Part shown: piece by piece, positions 8,348 through 17,313 of the stretch
Position numbering within the stretch: position 1 is the first letter of the stretch
Layout: each line of letters begins with the position of its first letter
From: Anaerolineae bacterium
GTDB taxonomy: Bacteria; Chloroflexota; Anaerolineae; S140-20
Length of the DNA stretch: 32,931 bases
Assembly: GCA_027021705.1 (NCBI GenBank)
Contig: JALUTT010000109.1
Span: 1-32,931, forward strand
Reading direction: 5' to 3'
Program-made: the position numbers and the translations under genes
The notes under the pieces: model-generated
Told to the model about the DNA's origin: nothing
Seen by the model: only the letters and a program-made list of their open reading frames with translations
Databases searched by the model: none

Positions 8348-9788
8348 CCTCCAGGGCCGGCTCCTCCTCACCTACCTGGCCCTAATGCTGCTGGGATTAG
8401 GCGGGCTGATCCTGTGGACGGGCCTGCGGCTCCAGTTCGCCATCATCGAGCAGGTCGAGCACGACCTGGAACTGGAATCGCTGATCCTGGCCAACGCGCT
8501 GCGAGAACCCCTGGAGAAGTGGCGGGAAGGAGAACGGGACCCGGCTCACGACCTGGACCGGCTGGTGCGGGCCTACGCCCAGAGCGTGAACGTCCGCGTC
8601 ACCATCGTGGACTCCCGACTGCGGGTGATCTTCAGCTCCGATGAAGCAGTCCTCCCCCACGTCGAGCACGATCACCCGGAGATCGTGGCGGCGATCCTGG
8701 GCCGTGAGCAACACGACATCCGATGGGATGAGTGGCGCAAGGAGGAGCGCCTCTTCGTGGCGGCTCCCATCCGGGACGATGATGGGCGGGTGGAAGGTCT
8801 GGTACAACTCTCGGTGCCTATGGCCTCCCTCTACGGGGAGATGGTGCGCACCTGGGCCAGCCTGTTGGGAGCCGGCGGTGTTATGCTCTTGGTCACAGTC
8901 CTCGCCAGCCTCCTGCTGGCCCGCCAGGTGGTCGGCCCCCTCCAGAGCCTGACCAAAGTGACCGAAGCGATGGCCGCAGGCGACCTGGAGCAGCAGGTGG
9001 TCCCGGCCGGCCCCGATGAAGTCCAACGGCTGGGGCGGGCCTTCAACCGGATGGCCGAGCAGGTGCGGGAGATGCTGGCCCGCCAGCGGGCCTTCGTCGC
9101 CAACGCGGCCCACGAGCTCCGCTCCCCCCTCACCAGCCTCCAACTCCGCCTTGAGATGCTCCAGCGCCACGGCCAGGACAACCCCGACCTGACCCACCAC
9201 TACCTGCGCCAGATCGAACAGGAACTGAAGCACCTCCACCAGTTGGTCGAGCACCTGCTGGCCCTCTCCCAACTGGACGAAGGCAAGCCCCTCCCCCGGG
9301 CGCCGCTGGACCTGGCCCCCCTCCTCTACGAACTGGCCGACGAGGTGGGACCGTTGGTGCAGGCGGCCGGCCTGGCCATCCGCGTAGATGTGCCTCCCCA
9401 CCTGCCCCCCGTGGCGGCCAACAGCGAGTCCATCCGCGTCATCGTGCGCAACCTGCTGGACAACGCCATCAAGTACACGCCCGATGGGGGGCGGGTGGCC
9501 TTGCGGGCGGAGGCAGCCGATGGGGAAGTGCGCATCGTTGTGGCCGACACCGGCCAGGGGATTCCTCCAGAGCACCTGCCCCACATCTTCGAGCGCTTCT
9601 ACCGGGTGGACGGGGTCCGCCCCCGCCGACAGGGGGGTGCCGGTTTGGGCCTCTCCCTGGTCCGCTCCACCGTCGAAGCCTGCGGCGGTTACGTCAGCGT
9701 GGAGAGCACCCCCGGCGAAGGGAGCACTTTTACCATCCACCTGCCGACGACCGAAAAGCCCCTTGACAGAAGATCGGGGGATGTGTAG
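8322..9788 (+). CDS. HAMP-domain sensor histidine kinase
   Basis: Two TM segments, HAMP, H-box AAHELRSPL, N-box NLLDNAIKY, G boxes DTGQGI and GAGLGL; overlaps the end of the regulator gene. Confidence 0.95.
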   Translation: MRHRLIPRSLQGRLLLTYLALMLLGLGGLILWTGLRLQFAIIEQVEHDLELESLILANALREPLEKWREGERDPAHDLDRLVRAYAQSVNVRVTIVDSRLRVIFSSDEAVLPHVEHDHPEIVAAILGREQHDIRWDEWRKEERLFVAAPIRDDDGRVEGLVQLSVPMASLYGEMVRTWASLLGAGGVMLLVTVLASLLLARQVVGPLQSLTKVTEAMAAGDLEQQVVPAGPDEVQRLGRAFNRMAEQVREMLARQRAFVANAAHELRSPLTSLQLRLEMLQRHGQDNPDLTHHYLRQIEQELKHLHQLVEHLLALSQLDEGKPLPRAPLDLAPLLYELADEVGPLVQAAGLAIRVDVPPHLPPVAANSESIRVIVRNLLDNAIKYTPDGGRVALRAEAADGEVRIVVADTGQGIPPEHLPHIFERFYRVDGVRPRRQGGAGLGLSLVRSTVEACGGYVSVESTPGEGSTFTIHLPTTEKPLDRRSGDV

Positions 9789-9880
9789 TTCAAAAGTTGA
9801 GACTCGTACCCCTGGCCTTGGAGCATTCCGAAGTGCTCGATTCCCTTCCTTAAAACCGCTTACAGAGCAGTCGTCTCCCA

Positions 9881-9965
9881 TCCGCTCAATCCGTTCTCAA
9901 ATCCGCTGACAGCCTTCCGTTCCCAAACGAACTGCTGTCAACGGATTAAGAGCGGATTGAACGGA
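9881..9965. repeat. Long imperfect hairpin built from TCCG/CGGA modules
   Basis: tccgctcaatccgttctcaaatccgctgacagc pairs with gctgtcaacggattaagagcggattgaacgga; lies between convergent genes. Confidence 0.75.
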
Positions 9966-10067
9966 GAGAAGTGTTCCCGCAGGAAACGATTCGACCGGTC
10001 AGCATCACCTTGAAGAAGTACCAGGTTTCTCTCTCCCTCGTAAGGCGAAAAAGGCTCCCCTCGGTTC

Positions 10068-10544
10068 TCAAGGGCTCTCGATCAGCCCGTCCAAGAAAGC
10101 GAGGAAAGCTTTTAAAGATCCCCGATAGTGCTTACCCACCTGCTCGGCCTTCCGTAAGACCAACCGTAGCCGTTCGGGGTCTAGTTTCAGGGTGTAAGCA
10201 TGGCGGAAGAGATGGCGAAAACGACGCAGTTCATCCAGCCCATCGAGCATTTCCGCGTTTATCACGGCCGGTCGCAGTGGCGATAGGTCCATACTCATCT
10301 GCTCCAAAAGCCGCTGATGCCAGGCTTCCTCGGCCGAGGGAAGGCCCTCAAAGGCCTGAGCGATGGCCCGGAAGATGTTCTCAAAAGCGTTGTAGAGGTT
10401 ATGCAACCGGTAGCCCAAGACGATCAGCATTTCTTCTGACGGCTCTTCGGGCAGTGCCGTCTCTTCCAGCAGCGCGAAGAGATGCTTAAGGGCTTCCAGG
10501 TCCTTCTCGATGCTTCGCTTCAGAAGGATCATCTTTCCGTTCAT
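10068..10544 (-). CDS. HEPN domain RNase toxin (HepT-like)
   Basis: RX4H-Y motif RHLFRHAY, LHNLYNAFENIF, WHQRLL; directly downstream of and overlapping an MNT gene. Confidence 0.88.
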   Translation of the reverse strand: MNGKMILLKRSIEKDLEALKHLFALLEETALPEEPSEEMLIVLGYRLHNLYNAFENIFRAIAQAFEGLPSAEEAWHQRLLEQMSMDLSPLRPAVINAEMLDGLDELRRFRHLFRHAYTLKLDPERLRLVLRKAEQVGKHYRGSLKAFLAFLDGLIESP

Positions 10545-10911
10545 AGAGACACTCCCCGTAGGCTTCCACCGCTTCGGCCACGGTGCCGGTGCAGGGGCGC
10601 AGGTCCACGTTGAGCCTCAAGGCCCTCTCCAACGCCCGCCAGAAGCGCCCCTCCGTCTCCAAATCGTCGCAGAGCACGGCCAAGTCCACGTCGGACTCGG
10701 GGCGGAAGGCTTCAGGACGGGCCAGTGAACCGTAGAGGAAGACCGCCCGCACAGCAGGGAAGGCCGGTGCCAGCCGCTGCACCGCCTCCCGGACGGCCCG
10801 GCGACGCTGCTGACGCAGGGCTTCGCGGGCTTGCCGCGCCTGCTCCTCCCGCCGGCGCCAATAGGCCCGCGCTGCCTCCATCTGCTCTGGGGACCACTGC
10901 CGTTCACCCAT
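10486..10911 (-). CDS. Minimal nucleotidyltransferase antitoxin (MntA-like)
   Basis: VFLYGSLAR...SDVDLAV...VDL pol-beta motif; ATG 10911 with SD ggggagg. Confidence 0.9.
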   Translation of the reverse strand: MGERQWSPEQMEAARAYWRRREEQARQAREALRQQRRRAVREAVQRLAPAFPAVRAVFLYGSLARPEAFRPESDVDLAVLCDDLETEGRFWRALERALRLNVDLRPCTGTVAEAVEAYGECLYERKDDPSEAKHREGPGSP

Positions 10912-10940
10912 CCTCCCCGCTCCCAGGTCCTGACACCCGT

Positions 10941-11049
10941 GTTCACCCTCCCGCAGGTTAGGCGCGTTTCCGACGCAAAACCGTGCTTCCAACAGCCCAT
11001 CGGGGCTGAAAGCGCCCTCGACCGGTGACCTGCGGGAGGGTAGGCTGAA
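10941..11049 (-). repeat. 109-bp unit B2 (TIR-bounded core 10945-11041)
   Basis: Inverted near-identical copy of 5668-5777; perfect 14-bp TIR accctcccgcaggt / acctgcgggagggt. Confidence 0.9.
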
Positions 11050-11077
11050 TTGTAGCATAGCTCTTCTCCCCTGCCAA
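11049..11077 (-). promoter_or_regulatory. sigma70-type promoter of the MNT-HEPN module
   Basis: Minus strand TTGGCA-N17-TACAAT with extended TG; the B2 core starts after a 7-nt gap from the -10. Confidence 0.7.
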
Positions 11078-11116
11078 TCCCGGTGCGTGCTTGGGAAGTA
11101 GGGGGCAGCCACTAGT

Positions 11117-11198
11117 ACCGCTCCTAGGCTTAAAGCGCGTCGTAGGCCGCTGCCGGTAAGCCGTTGATCGCCGGGCACCTTGCGACCTGCGGGAGGGG
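11117..11198 (-). repeat. Degenerate unit B1, related to A1, with one TIR retained
   Basis: Minus strand ccctcccgcagg..gtgcccggcgat..ggcttaccgg..gcctacg..cgct..gcc is colinear with A1. Confidence 0.7.
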
Positions 11199-11247
11199 GA
11201 TGTCGGGGATGCCTAAAGCGCGAGGAAGAGGAAAAGGAAAAAGCCCC

Positions 11248-11277
11248 TTGACGATGGACCCCAAAGTAGTGTAAAAT
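11248..11277 (+). promoter_or_regulatory. Candidate promoter of the ABC/hydantoinase operon
   Basis: TTGACG-N18-TAAAAT preceded by an A-rich UP-like tract. Confidence 0.55.
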
Positions 11278-11637
11278 AGGAGCAGACGTCGTTACCCGTC
11301 TGAACCACCAACCTCGCCCGTTCCGGCTCAGGTGTTCTGTGACTGGCCCAGGACCCCCTCTGGCCCTGGGCCGGTCTATCCCCCTCGAAAATCCCAACCG
11401 ACGAAGCTGCCGGCAGGCCCCGGGCCTGTCCCACAGGTCGCTTCTATCCACTGTGCGTCTGACCCGCAGCTGAAGAACCCATTCCACACGCCATCCGCAG
11501 GCATCGCGCTGGACGATGTGGCCTAACCTACACCATCGCTGCGAAAGGAGGTGATTGGTGCAAGGAGCCGATCTGTGCCCCGATCAAACCGCCTAAGCCC
11601 AACCTATGAGTGAAGCAGAGCAAAGGAGGGAGGAAGC

Positions 11638-13365
11638 ATGCTCGCCAGAAAGTGGCTCGTTCTGGTTGCGCTCTTGCTCTTCGCCCTCATCCTGGGGGCC
11701 TGCGCTCAACCCACACCCGAGGTCATCGAGAAGACCATCGTCGTCACCCAGGTGGTTGAAAAAGAGGGCGAGAAGATCATCGAGACGAAGATCGTCGAGG
11801 TCGAGGTCGAGAAGGTGGTGACCCCGACGCCGGAGCCGAAGCGCCAGACCCTCATCGTGGGCCTGGCCAGCGCCCCGGTCTCCCTGGACCCGGCGGACTA
11901 CCGCCATCGGACGACGGAGACGGTGATCCGCAATATGTTCGACGGCTTGGTCACCCGCGACACCCGCAGCGGCGTCCACCTGGAGTTGGCCGAGGAGATG
12001 ACCTGGCTCGACGACACGACGTTGGAGGTCAAGCTCCGCCAAGGGGTCAAGTTCCACGACGGCACCGAGATGACGGCCGACGACGTGGTCTTCACCTTCA
12101 ACCGGATCATCCAGGAGAACGCCATCGAGTACCCCGAGCCCCACACCTCCCCCCGCAAGGGGCTCATCGCTCCCTTGGAGTCCATCGAGAAGGTGGATGA
12201 CTACACGGTGCGCATGCACTTCAGCGGCCCCTGGCCGCCGGCCATGCAGCTCCTCGTCCACCAGCAGATCGTCCCCAAAGCCTACCTGGAGGAGGTGGGC
12301 ACCAAGGGCTTCATCGAGCACCCCATCGGCACCGGCCCCTTCAAGTTCGTCTCCGCCAAGCCGGGGCTGGAGGAGATCGTGATGGAGCGCTTCGACGACT
12401 ACTACGGCGGAGCCCCCGACCTGGAGCCGGTGGGGCCGGCCTGCGTCGAGCGGGTTGTCTTCCGCGTCATCCCTGAAGCCTCCACCCGGGTGGCCGCGCT
12501 GCTGGCGGGTGAGGTAGACATCATCCAGGCGGTGCCGCCGGAGCTGGTGGACACCCTGGCCCAGACACCGGGCATCCAGGTGAAGACGGCCCCGGGCACC
12601 CGCCCCATCTGGATGGAGATGAACGTCAACAAAGCTCCCTTCGATGACGTGCGGGTCCGCCAGGCGCTGAACTACGCCGTGGACAAGGACCTGATCGTCG
12701 AGGAGATCTACGGCGGTCGTGCCGTCGTCCTGCCCGGCCCCCTCTCCCCCTTCAACAACTTCGTCAACAAGAAGCTCAAGCCCTACCCCTACGACCCCGA
12801 CAAGGCCCTGGCGCTTCTGGAGGAGGCCGGCTGGACCGACTCCGACGGCGACGGCATCCTGGACAAGAACGGTCAGCCCTTCGCCTTCACCATTGACACC
12901 GAGGAGCGGTTCCGCTCCCTGGCCGAGGCCCTGGCCGACCAGTTCCGCGCCATCGGCATTGACGCCACCGTCCGCTTCTGGGAGTACGGCGTCATCAAGC
13001 CCCAGTTGCTGGCCGGCGAGCGCATGGCCTTCCTGCGGGACTGGGGGGACTCCGCCTTCGATCCGGTGGGCCACTTCGAGGCCAAGTGGCACGGCTACGT
13101 GGAGGGCTCTCCCTACGGGCGGGGCAACTTCTCCGGCTACAACAACGAGCGGGTCAACGAGCTGATCAAGCTGGGCGAAACGACGGCCGACGTGGAAGAG
13201 CGGCGCAAGATCTACGACGAAGCCCAAGAGATCGTCTACGAAGAGGCGCCCGCCGTCTTCCTCATCCTGCCTGAGGTGGCCGAGGCGGCTTCGGAGCGGG
13301 TGCAGAACTGGGAGCCGGCCTCCGACAGCCGCATCAACCTCCACGACGTCTGCCTGGCTCCCTAG
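11638..13365 (+). CDS. ABC transporter substrate-binding lipoprotein, family 5 (peptide/nickel)
   Basis: Lipobox LILGAC, SLDP, LRQGVKFHDGTEMTADDVVFT, PIGTGPF, RVRQALNYAVD. Confidence 0.95.
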   Translation: MLARKWLVLVALLLFALILGACAQPTPEVIEKTIVVTQVVEKEGEKIIETKIVEVEVEKVVTPTPEPKRQTLIVGLASAPVSLDPADYRHRTTETVIRNMFDGLVTRDTRSGVHLELAEEMTWLDDTTLEVKLRQGVKFHDGTEMTADDVVFTFNRIIQENAIEYPEPHTSPRKGLIAPLESIEKVDDYTVRMHFSGPWPPAMQLLVHQQIVPKAYLEEVGTKGFIEHPIGTGPFKFVSAKPGLEEIVMERFDDYYGGAPDLEPVGPACVERVVFRVIPEASTRVAALLAGEVDIIQAVPPELVDTLAQTPGIQVKTAPGTRPIWMEMNVNKAPFDDVRVRQALNYAVDKDLIVEEIYGGRAVVLPGPLSPFNNFVNKKLKPYPYDPDKALALLEEAGWTDSDGDGILDKNGQPFAFTIDTEERFRSLAEALADQFRAIGIDATVRFWEYGVIKPQLLAGERMAFLRDWGDSAFDPVGHFEAKWHGYVEGSPYGRGNFSGYNNERVNELIKLGETTADVEERRKIYDEAQEIVYEEAPAVFLILPEVAEAASERVQNWEPASDSRINLHDVCLAP

Positions 13366-13386
13366 GCAGGTTGCTGACCGGACTTG

Positions 13387-13451
13387 GTGGGGGCGCACGG
13401 CTGTGGGCCCCCACCGGGTCCTCCGACGGGTGCGCCGTGGCGCGCCCCTAC
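13387..13451. repeat. GTAG-type REP doublet
   Basis: gtgggggcgcacggctgtgggccc followed by the inverted gggtgcgccgtggcgcgcccctac (minus strand GTAGGGGCG..). Confidence 0.7.
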
Positions 13452-13467
13452 AGGGTCTCTCGTCAGT

Positions 13468-15219
13468 ATGGCCGTTGACCTCATCACCGCCGAAGTGGTC
13501 GCCCACGGGCTCCAATCCATCGTCGAAGAGATGGGCGTGGCCCTGGTCCGCTCCGCCTACTCGACCAACATCAAGGAGCGCCGGGACTGCTCCTGTGCCC
13601 TCTTCGCCCCCGACGGCCGACTGGTCGCCCTGGCCGAGCACATCCCCATCCACCTAGGCTCGATGCAGGGGCTGATGGTCCAGATCGCCGAGGACCTGGG
13701 TGCGTGGGCCTTGCAGCCGGGGGACGTGATCATCGCCAACGACCCCTACCAGGGCGGTGGGAGCCACCTTCCCGACGTCACCCTCCTCCAGCCCGTCTTC
13801 CACGAGGGGGAACTGGTCGCCTTCGTGACCAACATCGCCCACTGGTCCGACGTGGGCGGACGGTCGCCCGGCGTGGGCACGGCCGGTGACTCGACGGAGG
13901 TCTGGCAGGAGGGGCTGCGGATCCCGCCCATCCGCATCGTCGCCCAGGGCCGGGTCCGTCACGACCTCCTGGACCTGCTGCTGCTCAATATGCGGGACCG
14001 GGAGGAACGGCTGGGCGACTTCCGGGCCCAGATCGCGGCCCTGCGGCTGGGAGAGCGGCGGCTGCTGGAGCTCTTCCGGCGGTACGGCGTGGCCACGATG
14101 GCGGCCTCCATCGCCGAACTCCTGGACTACAGCGAGCGGCGGCTGCGGACGGCGTTGTGCCGGCTCCCCGAGGGCACCTATCGCTTCGCCGACGCGATGG
14201 ACGACGACGGCGTCTCCGAGGAGCCGCTGCCCATCCAGGTGGCGGTCACCGTCTCGCACCACCCCGAGCCGACCATCGCCTTCGACTTCACCGGCACGGC
14301 CCCCCAGGCGGCCGGCGGCATCAACATGGTCCGGTCGGCCCTGCTGGCGACGGTCTACTACGCCGTCAAGGCCGTCGTCGCCCCCGACGTCCCCCCCAAC
14401 GCCGGCTTCCAGCGCCCCATCCGGGTCCACGCCCCCGAGGGGAGCTTGGTCAACGCCCGGGAGCCGGCCGCCGTCGGCGGTCGGACGGACACCTGCCAGC
14501 GGGTTGTGGACGCCATCCTGGGGGCGCTGAGCCAGGCCGTGCCCGAGCGGGTCGTCGCCGCCTCCAACGGGGCCACCACGGCCATCATCTTCGGCGGGAC
14601 CGAACCCCTCTCCGGCCGGAGCTTCGTCTACGTCGAGGCCCTGGGCGGAGGGATGGGGGCCCGGGCCGACAGGGACGGGATGGATGGCGTCCAGGTGCAC
14701 ATCACCAACACCTCCAACCTGCCGGTGGAGGCGATGGAGATGGAATACCCCCTCCGGGTGCTGCGCCACGGCTTGGTGCCCGACTCGGGCGGACCGGGGC
14801 GTTTCCGAGGCGGGCTCGCCATCGTCAAGGAGATCCAGGCCCTGGCTCCGGTGCTCTTCTCCGCCCATGCCGACCGGCACCGGCTCCCCCCCTGGGGGCT
14901 GATGGGCGGGCTGCCGGGGGGCCGGGGGCGCTTCGTCCTCAACCCCGGCACCCCCCAGGAGCGGGTTCTCCGCTCCAAGCTCTCCGGCCTCCTGATCCGC
15001 CGGGGCGAGGTGCTGCGGGTCCAGACCGCCGGAGGAGGCGGCTTCGGGCCTCCCTGGGAGCGGGATCCGGCGCGGGTGGCCCAGGACTGCGTCCAGGGCA
15101 AGGTGAGCCGGGAGCAGGCCCGCCGGGTGTACGGCGTCGTCCTGACCGCCGAGGGGGAGGTGGACGAGGCGGCGACGGCAGCGCTGCGGGCCCGGATGGG
15201 GGCCGCCGGGGGGACGTGA
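13468..15219 (+). CDS. Hydantoinase B / 5-oxoprolinase family subunit
   Basis: SAYSTNIKERRDCSCALF, IPIHLGSM, NDPYQGGSHLPD, HWSDVGG, QEGLRIPP, GGGGFG; ATG 13468 chosen because the upstream GTG lies in the REP. Confidence 0.95.
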   Translation: MAVDLITAEVVAHGLQSIVEEMGVALVRSAYSTNIKERRDCSCALFAPDGRLVALAEHIPIHLGSMQGLMVQIAEDLGAWALQPGDVIIANDPYQGGGSHLPDVTLLQPVFHEGELVAFVTNIAHWSDVGGRSPGVGTAGDSTEVWQEGLRIPPIRIVAQGRVRHDLLDLLLLNMRDREERLGDFRAQIAALRLGERRLLELFRRYGVATMAASIAELLDYSERRLRTALCRLPEGTYRFADAMDDDGVSEEPLPIQVAVTVSHHPEPTIAFDFTGTAPQAAGGINMVRSALLATVYYAVKAVVAPDVPPNAGFQRPIRVHAPEGSLVNAREPAAVGGRTDTCQRVVDAILGALSQAVPERVVAASNGATTAIIFGGTEPLSGRSFVYVEALGGGMGARADRDGMDGVQVHITNTSNLPVEAMEMEYPLRVLRHGLVPDSGGPGRFRGGLAIVKEIQALAPVLFSAHADRHRLPPWGLMGGLPGGRGRFVLNPGTPQERVLRSKLSGLLIRRGEVLRVQTAGGGGFGPPWERDPARVAQDCVQGKVSREQARRVYGVVLTAEGEVDEAATAALRARMGAAGGT

Positions 15220-15222
15220 CCT

Positions 15223-17313
15223 TTGCGGGCAGCGGTGGATGTGGGCGGCACCTTCACCGACGTGCTCCTCTACGACGAGGCGCGGGGGACCCTCTGGTCG
15301 GCCAAGGTGCCCTCGGACCCGGAGCGACCGGACAAGCCCTTCGTGGCGGGGCTGGCGCGGGTTCTGGACGCCGCCGGGGCGGAACCCGGTCAGGTCCAGG
15401 CCCTCGTCCACGGCACTACCATCGTCACCAACGCCCTGTTGGAGGGCAAGACGGCCCGGGTCGGGCTGCTGGTCACCGAGGGGTTCCGGGACCTGCTGGA
15501 GATCGGCCGGCAGCAGCGCCCCGACCTGTACGACCTGAAGCGCGACCGCCCGCCCCCCCTGGTGCCCCGCGACCGGGTGCGGGAGGTGCGGGAGCGGGTG
15601 GGGGCCGACGGTCGGGTCGTGGTTCCGCTGGACGAGGAGGCGGCCCGTCGCCAGGTCGAAGCGCTTCGGGAGGCGGGCGTTGAGACGTTGGCGGTGGTGT
15701 TGCTCTTCGCCTTCCGCAACCCGGCCCACGAGCGGCGGCTGGGGGAGATAGCCCGTCGGCTGCTGCCGGACGCCTTCACCTTCCTCTCCAGCCGGGTCTC
15801 TCCGGCCTTCCGGGAGTTCGAGCGGGCCAGCACGACGGTGGTGGCGGCGGCCGTGGCCCCCCGCGTCGTCACCTACCTGGGGGCGCTTCGGCGGCGGCTG
15901 GCGGCCCAGGGCTGGCGGCCCGAGGGGCTGGCGGTGATGCACTCCGGCGGTGGGACGCTGAGCCCCCAGGAGGCGGTGGAACGGCCCCACACCCTCATCG
16001 AGTCGGGGCCGGCCGCGGGGCTCATCGCCGCGGCCGAGCTGGCCCGGCTGTTGGACCTGGGGCGGGTTATCGCCTTCGACATGGGCGGGACGACGGCCAA
16101 GGCGGGCCTCATCCTGGAGGGGCAGGTCCAGCAGACCACCGACTACGAGGTGGGCGGGGAGGTGCACCACGGCGGGCGGGCACGGGGGCGCGGCTATCCT
16201 GTCCGCTTCCCGATGGTGGACGTGGTGGAGTGCGGGGCGGGGGCCGGGAGCATCGCCTGGGTGGACGCCGGAGGCCACCTGAAGGTGGGGCCGCAGAGCG
16301 CGGGGGCCTCTCCCGGTCCAGCCTGCTACGGTCAAGGCGGACGGGAACCGACGGTCACCGACGCTCACCTGATCCTGGGACGGCTGGACCCGGCGGGCTT
16401 CCTAGGTGGGGAGATGGCGCTGGAGCCGGCGCTGGCGGCCCGGGCCATCGCCGAGGGGGTGGGGCGACCGCTGGGGATGGCGCTGGAGGAGGCGGCTCAA
16501 GGGATCGTGGCCGTTGTCAACGCCAACATGCTGCGCATCCTGCGGCTGGTCTCCGTGGCCCGGGGCCACGACCCACGCGACTTCACGCTGCTGGCCTACG
16601 GTGGGGCCGGCCCCTTGCACGCTACGGAGTTGGCCGAGGCGGCCTCCATCGGTCGGGTGGTCGTGCCCCGGCTGCCGGGCCTCTTCTCCGCCCTGGGCCT
16701 GCTCTACGCCGACGCGACGGCCGACTTCGTGACGACGGTGATGGTGCCGCTGACGCCGGAGGGGCTGGATTCGATCAACGGGGCGCTGGCCCGCCTGGAG
16801 GCCGAAGCGGAGGGCTGGTTCGAGCGGGGCCACGTTCCCCACCGGGCGCGGGCCCTGGAGGTGGTGGCCGAGATGCGCTACCGGCGGCAGAACTACGAAC
16901 TGAGCGTGGCCCTGCCGGGGCCGCGCCTGACGCCGGACGATCTGCCCCGGGTCGAGGACCGCTTCCACGCCGTCCACGCGGCGGCCTACGGCCACAGCAC
17001 GCCCGGGGAGGTCGTGCAGGCGGTGAACCTGCGGGTTCGGGCGGTGGCGCGGCGGGCGAAGCCCCCCTGGCCCACCCTGGAGGCGGCCACCGGCCCCCCT
17101 CAGGTCGCGCTGCGGGGCCATCGGGAGGTCTGGTTCGCCGGTCGGCCTTGGCGCTGCCCCGTCTACGAGCGGGAGGCACTCCGAGCCGGCCACACGCTGA
17201 TGGGGCCGGCCATCGTCCAGGAGCGGGAGGCGACCACGCTGGTGGGGCCGGGATGGCGTCTGGAGGTGGATCGGTGGGGCAATCTGGTGGTGACGGCTGA
17301 AGACAGCGGCTAG
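15223..17313 (+). CDS. Hydantoinase A / 5-oxoprolinase family subunit
   Basis: DVGGTFTD, HGTT, EFERASTT, SGPAAG, DMGGTT, GAGAGS, GPQSAGASPGPACYG. Confidence 0.95.
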   Translation: MRAAVDVGGTFTDVLLYDEARGTLWSAKVPSDPERPDKPFVAGLARVLDAAGAEPGQVQALVHGTTIVTNALLEGKTARVGLLVTEGFRDLLEIGRQQRPDLYDLKRDRPPPLVPRDRVREVRERVGADGRVVVPLDEEAARRQVEALREAGVETLAVVLLFAFRNPAHERRLGEIARRLLPDAFTFLSSRVSPAFREFERASTTVVAAAVAPRVVTYLGALRRRLAAQGWRPEGLAVMHSGGGTLSPQEAVERPHTLIESGPAAGLIAAAELARLLDLGRVIAFDMGGTTAKAGLILEGQVQQTTDYEVGGEVHHGGRARGRGYPVRFPMVDVVECGAGAGSIAWVDAGGHLKVGPQSAGASPGPACYGQGGREPTVTDAHLILGRLDPAGFLGGEMALEPALAARAIAEGVGRPLGMALEEAAQGIVAVVNANMLRILRLVSVARGHDPRDFTLLAYGGAGPLHATELAEAASIGRVVVPRLPGLFSALGLLYADATADFVTTVMVPLTPEGLDSINGALARLEAEAEGWFERGHVPHRARALEVVAEMRYRRQNYELSVALPGPRLTPDDLPRVEDRFHAVHAAAYGHSTPGEVVQAVNLRVRAVARRAKPPWPTLEAATGPPQVALRGHREVWFAGRPWRCPVYEREALRAGHTLMGPAIVQEREATTLVGPGWRLEVDRWGNLVVTAEDSG

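Noticed and set aside
10941..11049. Unit B2 as an integron attC site next to a TA cassette
   Set aside because: GCCTAAC/GTTAGGC is internal rather than terminal, there is no matching R'/R'' pair, the interior is not one long hairpin, and no integrase is present.
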